Shown in pieces: positions 62,036 to 64,000 of a DNA stretch of 64,000 bases; positions within the stretch are counted from its first letter, which is position 1, and every line of letters starts with the position of its first letter. The notes beneath the pieces were generated by a model that was given only the letters and a program-made list of their open reading frames with translations, was not told the origin of the DNA and searched no databases. Source of the stretch: Bdellovibrionales bacterium (lineage in GTDB: Bacteria > Bdellovibrionota > Bdellovibrionia > Bdellovibrionales > UBA1609); assembly GCA_965203935.1 (NCBI GenBank), contig OZ241921.1, positions 1,236,276 through 1,300,275 on the forward strand, in the 5' to 3' direction. A program made the position numbers and the translations under genes.

Positions 62036-64000
62036 ATGACTATGAGCTTTTTTATTAAAAAACCCTTTTCACCCCCCCCCCCCCCCCCCCCAAATTCCAA
62101 AAAATCCAGTAATTTTAATAAGTTAAAATATTTTCTTCATGTATTTTCTAAGTTTTTCGCCTGCTTTTTAAAGGGCCGGAGGGTTCAAACAGGCGCCGGG
62201 GTTTTACGAAACATCAGTCAAAGTATTTGTGAAAAGGGGGTTCAAAAGCTCAATATCGCAATTTCTGCCCGGCTTTCAAAAGGCCGGGCTTTACGCAACA
62301 TCAGCAAAGGTATTTGTGAAAAGGGGGTTCAAAAGCTCAAACATGCGTTTTGCCACACCCGCGTCTTGCAATTGCTTCGTGTTCAAAGCCGAACTCGTTT
62401 TGAACCCCCTTTTCACAAAATAATAATCTGCTTTTTCTCCAAAACTTTATGTGCCTGCACCCGCTTTTTAAAGGGCCGGAGGGTTCGGACAGGCGCCGTT
62501 TGGCGATATTTGATTTTCACGATTGAAATATTGTTCAAAAAAAGTCCCTTATTTGAGACATGCTGTTTGGCTCTACGAAACTTGAGAGCTTTATTGTTCC
62601 GGCTTTGCCATTACTCAAATATCGCCAAAGGCGAACTCACCTCCAGCCCTTTAAAAAGCGGGCGGATCTCCCAATTTTTGTCATTCCTGCGGTGTTCGTC
62701 ATTCCCGCGAAAGCGGGAATCCAGCTCCCGCAAAGCGGGACTTTTCACTTCCGCTTGTTTCCGGTTAAAAAGCTTATTTTGTTTCACACTGTTACGAGTA
62801 CGGAATTGGAGTCGCGTCGCAGGCAGAGCCTGTTATTTCGCCGCGGGTCTTTCCCGGTTAAAAAACTGTTTTCGTTTCACAATGTCACGAGTACGGCAGA
62901 TAAGTCGCGTCGCAGGCGGAGCCTGTTATTTCGCCGCGGGTCTTTCCCGGTTAAAAAACTGTTTTTGTTTCACACTGTCACGAGTACGGCAGATAAGTCG
63001 CGTCGCAGGCGGAGCCTGTTATTTCGCCGCGGATCTTTCCCGGTTAAAAAGCTGTTTTTGTTTCACACTGTCACGAGTACGGCAGATAAGTCGCGTCGAA
63101 ATAACCGGCTCTGCCGGTTTTGGTTTGGTGGAGGTTTTGTTTGTGTCGGGTTTGGGCTTAACGGTCACAATGGGGTCTTTAAAAACGGCTCAGCTTACTT
63201 TTCAGTCCTCCAATATGGTGAAGACCACTTTACAGGAAAAGGATTTTAAAGAAGAGTTAAGCGCTCTTTTAAACAATCCCTCTTATTGCAAAGCTCTTTT
63301 AAAGCCTTCCAACCTTGCTGATTCATCCGGCAAAAAAGGCTTTCTTACTTCAATGGGCCGGCTTACGGACTTGGAAAATAGCTTTATAGACATTCAAAAA
63401 GCGGAGTTGAAAGAGGATCGTAATTTTTTTGTATACTATAAAAAGCCTTTGCTGGGGGAGTTTCAAACAATAGGAAATGGGGCTTGTTCTTCCACTGATA
63501 CCACAGGCTGTTACTTTTTTTCATGTAAAATGGACTATCAGTGCGCCGGTAATGAATGCTCCGGCGATGACGACAAATGCGCGCCTCTTAATTGTTCAGG
63601 CTATATCGAGACTACGGAGGCTGTAGGAGCCAATATTCCTGATTGCCCTGAGGGTACCTATCTTACAGGGATTTCGGACGAAGGTCAGCCTGAATGCGGA
63701 ACTTTATCCTGCCCGGAAGGGCGGGTTCTCAGCGGAACACAGGTAAACACAGAGGACAATACCATAACTCCTTTGTGTTTGGAGGTTTCAGAATGTGAAG
63801 AGGGGGAGATTTATCAGGGAGTGGATAGTGAGGGAGTAAAACAGTGCGCGCCTGTGGCATCGGCGCAAAGTCAGGTCTGCCCTCCCGGGCAATATTTGTT
63901 TAATTCCGGCCAAATGGGAGATCCCCTGGTCTGTCAGCCCCTATGCCAAGGAGGGGGAATATGGAACGGCACAAGTTGCGTATGCCCCGCCGATCAAAGT
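62036..64000 (+). CDS. pilin-like cysteine-rich repeat surface protein, paralogue 4 (3' end outside window, true start uncertain)
   Basis: Hand translation shows one frame (62036 mod 3) open from ATG 62036/62042 through the C20 tract, hairpin repeats and 93-bp repeats to SAG|FGLVEVLFVSGLGLTVTMGSL (63116-). It continues through the head and Cys-rich region to 64000. Absent from the ORF track because it runs off the window. The conservative core is 63113-64000, and an internal in-frame ATG lies at 62882. Confidence 0.6.
   Translation, partial: MTMSFFIKKPFSPPPPPPPNSKKSSNFNKLKYFLHVFSKFFACFLKGRRVQTGAGVLRNISQSICEKGVQKLNIAISARLSKGRALRNISKGICEKGVQKLKHAFCHTRVLQLLRVQSRTRFEPPFHKIIICFFSKTLCACTRFLKGRRVRTGAVWRYLIFTIEILFKKSPLFETCCLALRNLRALLFRLCHYSNIAKGELTSSPLKSGRISQFLSFLRCSSFPRKRESSSRKAGLFTSACFRLKSLFCFTLLRVRNWSRVAGRACYFAAGLSRLKNCFRFTMSRVRQISRVAGGACYFAAGLSRLKNCFCFTLSRVRQISRVAGGACYFAADLSRLKSCFCFTLSRVRQISRVEITGSAGFGLVEVLFVSGLGLTVTMGSLKTAQLTFQSSNMVKTTLQEKDFKEELSALLNNPSYCKALLKPSNLADSSGKKGFLTSMGRLTDLENSFIDIQKAELKEDRNFFVYYKKPLLGEFQTIGNGACSSTDTTGCYFFSCKMDYQCAGNECSGDDDKCAPLNCSGYIETTEAVGANIPDCPEGTYLTGISDEGQPECGTLSCPEGRVLSGTQVNTEDNTITPLCLEVSECEEGEIYQGVDSEGVKQCAPVASAQSQVCPPGQYLFNSGQMGDPLVCQPLCQGGGIWNGTSCVCPADQS
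62072..62091 (+). repeat. homopolymeric poly-C tract, 20 nt
   Basis: Counted directly. Followed by AAATTCCAAAAAATCCAGTAATTTTAATA. Confidence 0.95.
62316..62416. repeat. hairpin element with 19-bp perfect arms
   Basis: GTGAAAAGGGGGTTCAAAA...(63 nt)...TTTTGAACCCCCTTTTCAC. A half copy lies at 62229-62247, a full copy at 16227-16327 and a half copy at 27242-27260. Confidence 0.9.
62761..63112. repeat. 93-bp tandem repeat, ~3.8 copies, in the leader of paralogue 4
   Basis: CCGGTTAAAAA recurs at 62761, 62854, 62947 and 63040 (period 93 = 31 codons). Related single and double copies lie at 51186-51290 and 53741-53880 (period 90). Confidence 0.9.

Noticed and set aside
62761-63112. Possible CRISPR array (regular ~93-bp periodicity)
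   Set aside because: The units are contiguous tandem copies with no unique spacers. There are no cas genes, and the period is a multiple of three, in frame with the downstream gene.
62560-63249. 229-aa track ORF with RRRRSLLFRRGSFPVKKLF repeats
   Set aside because: It is an alternative-frame reading of the 93-bp tandem repeats. It stops shortly after the repeats, whereas the neighbouring frame continues into the conserved G|FGLVE motif and Cys-rich domain shared with three paralogues.
1-64000. Alternative genetic code (stop-codon reassignment)
   Set aside because: All conserved genes, including ribosomal proteins, IF-2, SecY, PheST and GcvP, translate full length with the standard code.

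Overview
Bacterial chromosomal window, standard genetic code, AT-leaning, with Gram-negative-type features (lipoprotein signal peptides, ResB, a Bat-like operon). The conserved backbone is gcvH-gcvT-folD (minus strand), an aldehyde dehydrogenase, an N-formylglutamate amidohydrolase-family gene, a ResB-like gene, rimP-nusA-infB-rbfA and a ComM/YifB-like gene. It continues with a DUF58-VWA (Bat-like) operon, purL, pheS-pheT-ihfA-merR, DoxX, tRNA-Arg(CCG), an ~11.4 kb S10/spc/secY ribosomal cluster, gcvP, a GHMP kinase and an AAA ATPase. Four kinds of accessory content stand out. (1) A family of four paralogous genes (51.1-56.5 kb and 62.0 kb to the window end) encodes a prepilin-like G|FGLVE motif plus hydrophobic helix, a conserved ~190-aa head and long cysteine-rich tandem-repeat tails. 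Two of the four are preceded by poly-C tracts (C16, C20) with a conserved flank, and three carry in-frame 90-93 bp leader repeats in 1, 2 or ~4 copies. This looks like a phase- and length-variable surface protein system that I cannot match to a described family. (2) A mosaic family of long palindromic intergenic repeats bounded by GTGAAAAA...TTTTTCAC occurs at six or more loci, one of them inside the ribosomal operon. (3) A module of promoter, ~150-aa secreted protein and protease leader is present three times (direct, direct, inverted) around a single full-length S8-like protease. (4) A decayed mobile island at 14.8-20.7 kb holds an Rpn nuclease, a degenerate IS3 and an IS1634-family element flanked by a perfect ~156 bp duplication. 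The ribosomal cluster is also atypical. rplX and rpsN are absent from their usual positions, L3/L29/S5 carry Lys-rich extensions, a small lipoprotein ORF sits between rplP and rpmC, and the rplB initiation region is tandemly duplicated. All calls come from reading the sequence and ORF translations by eye. No database search was run.
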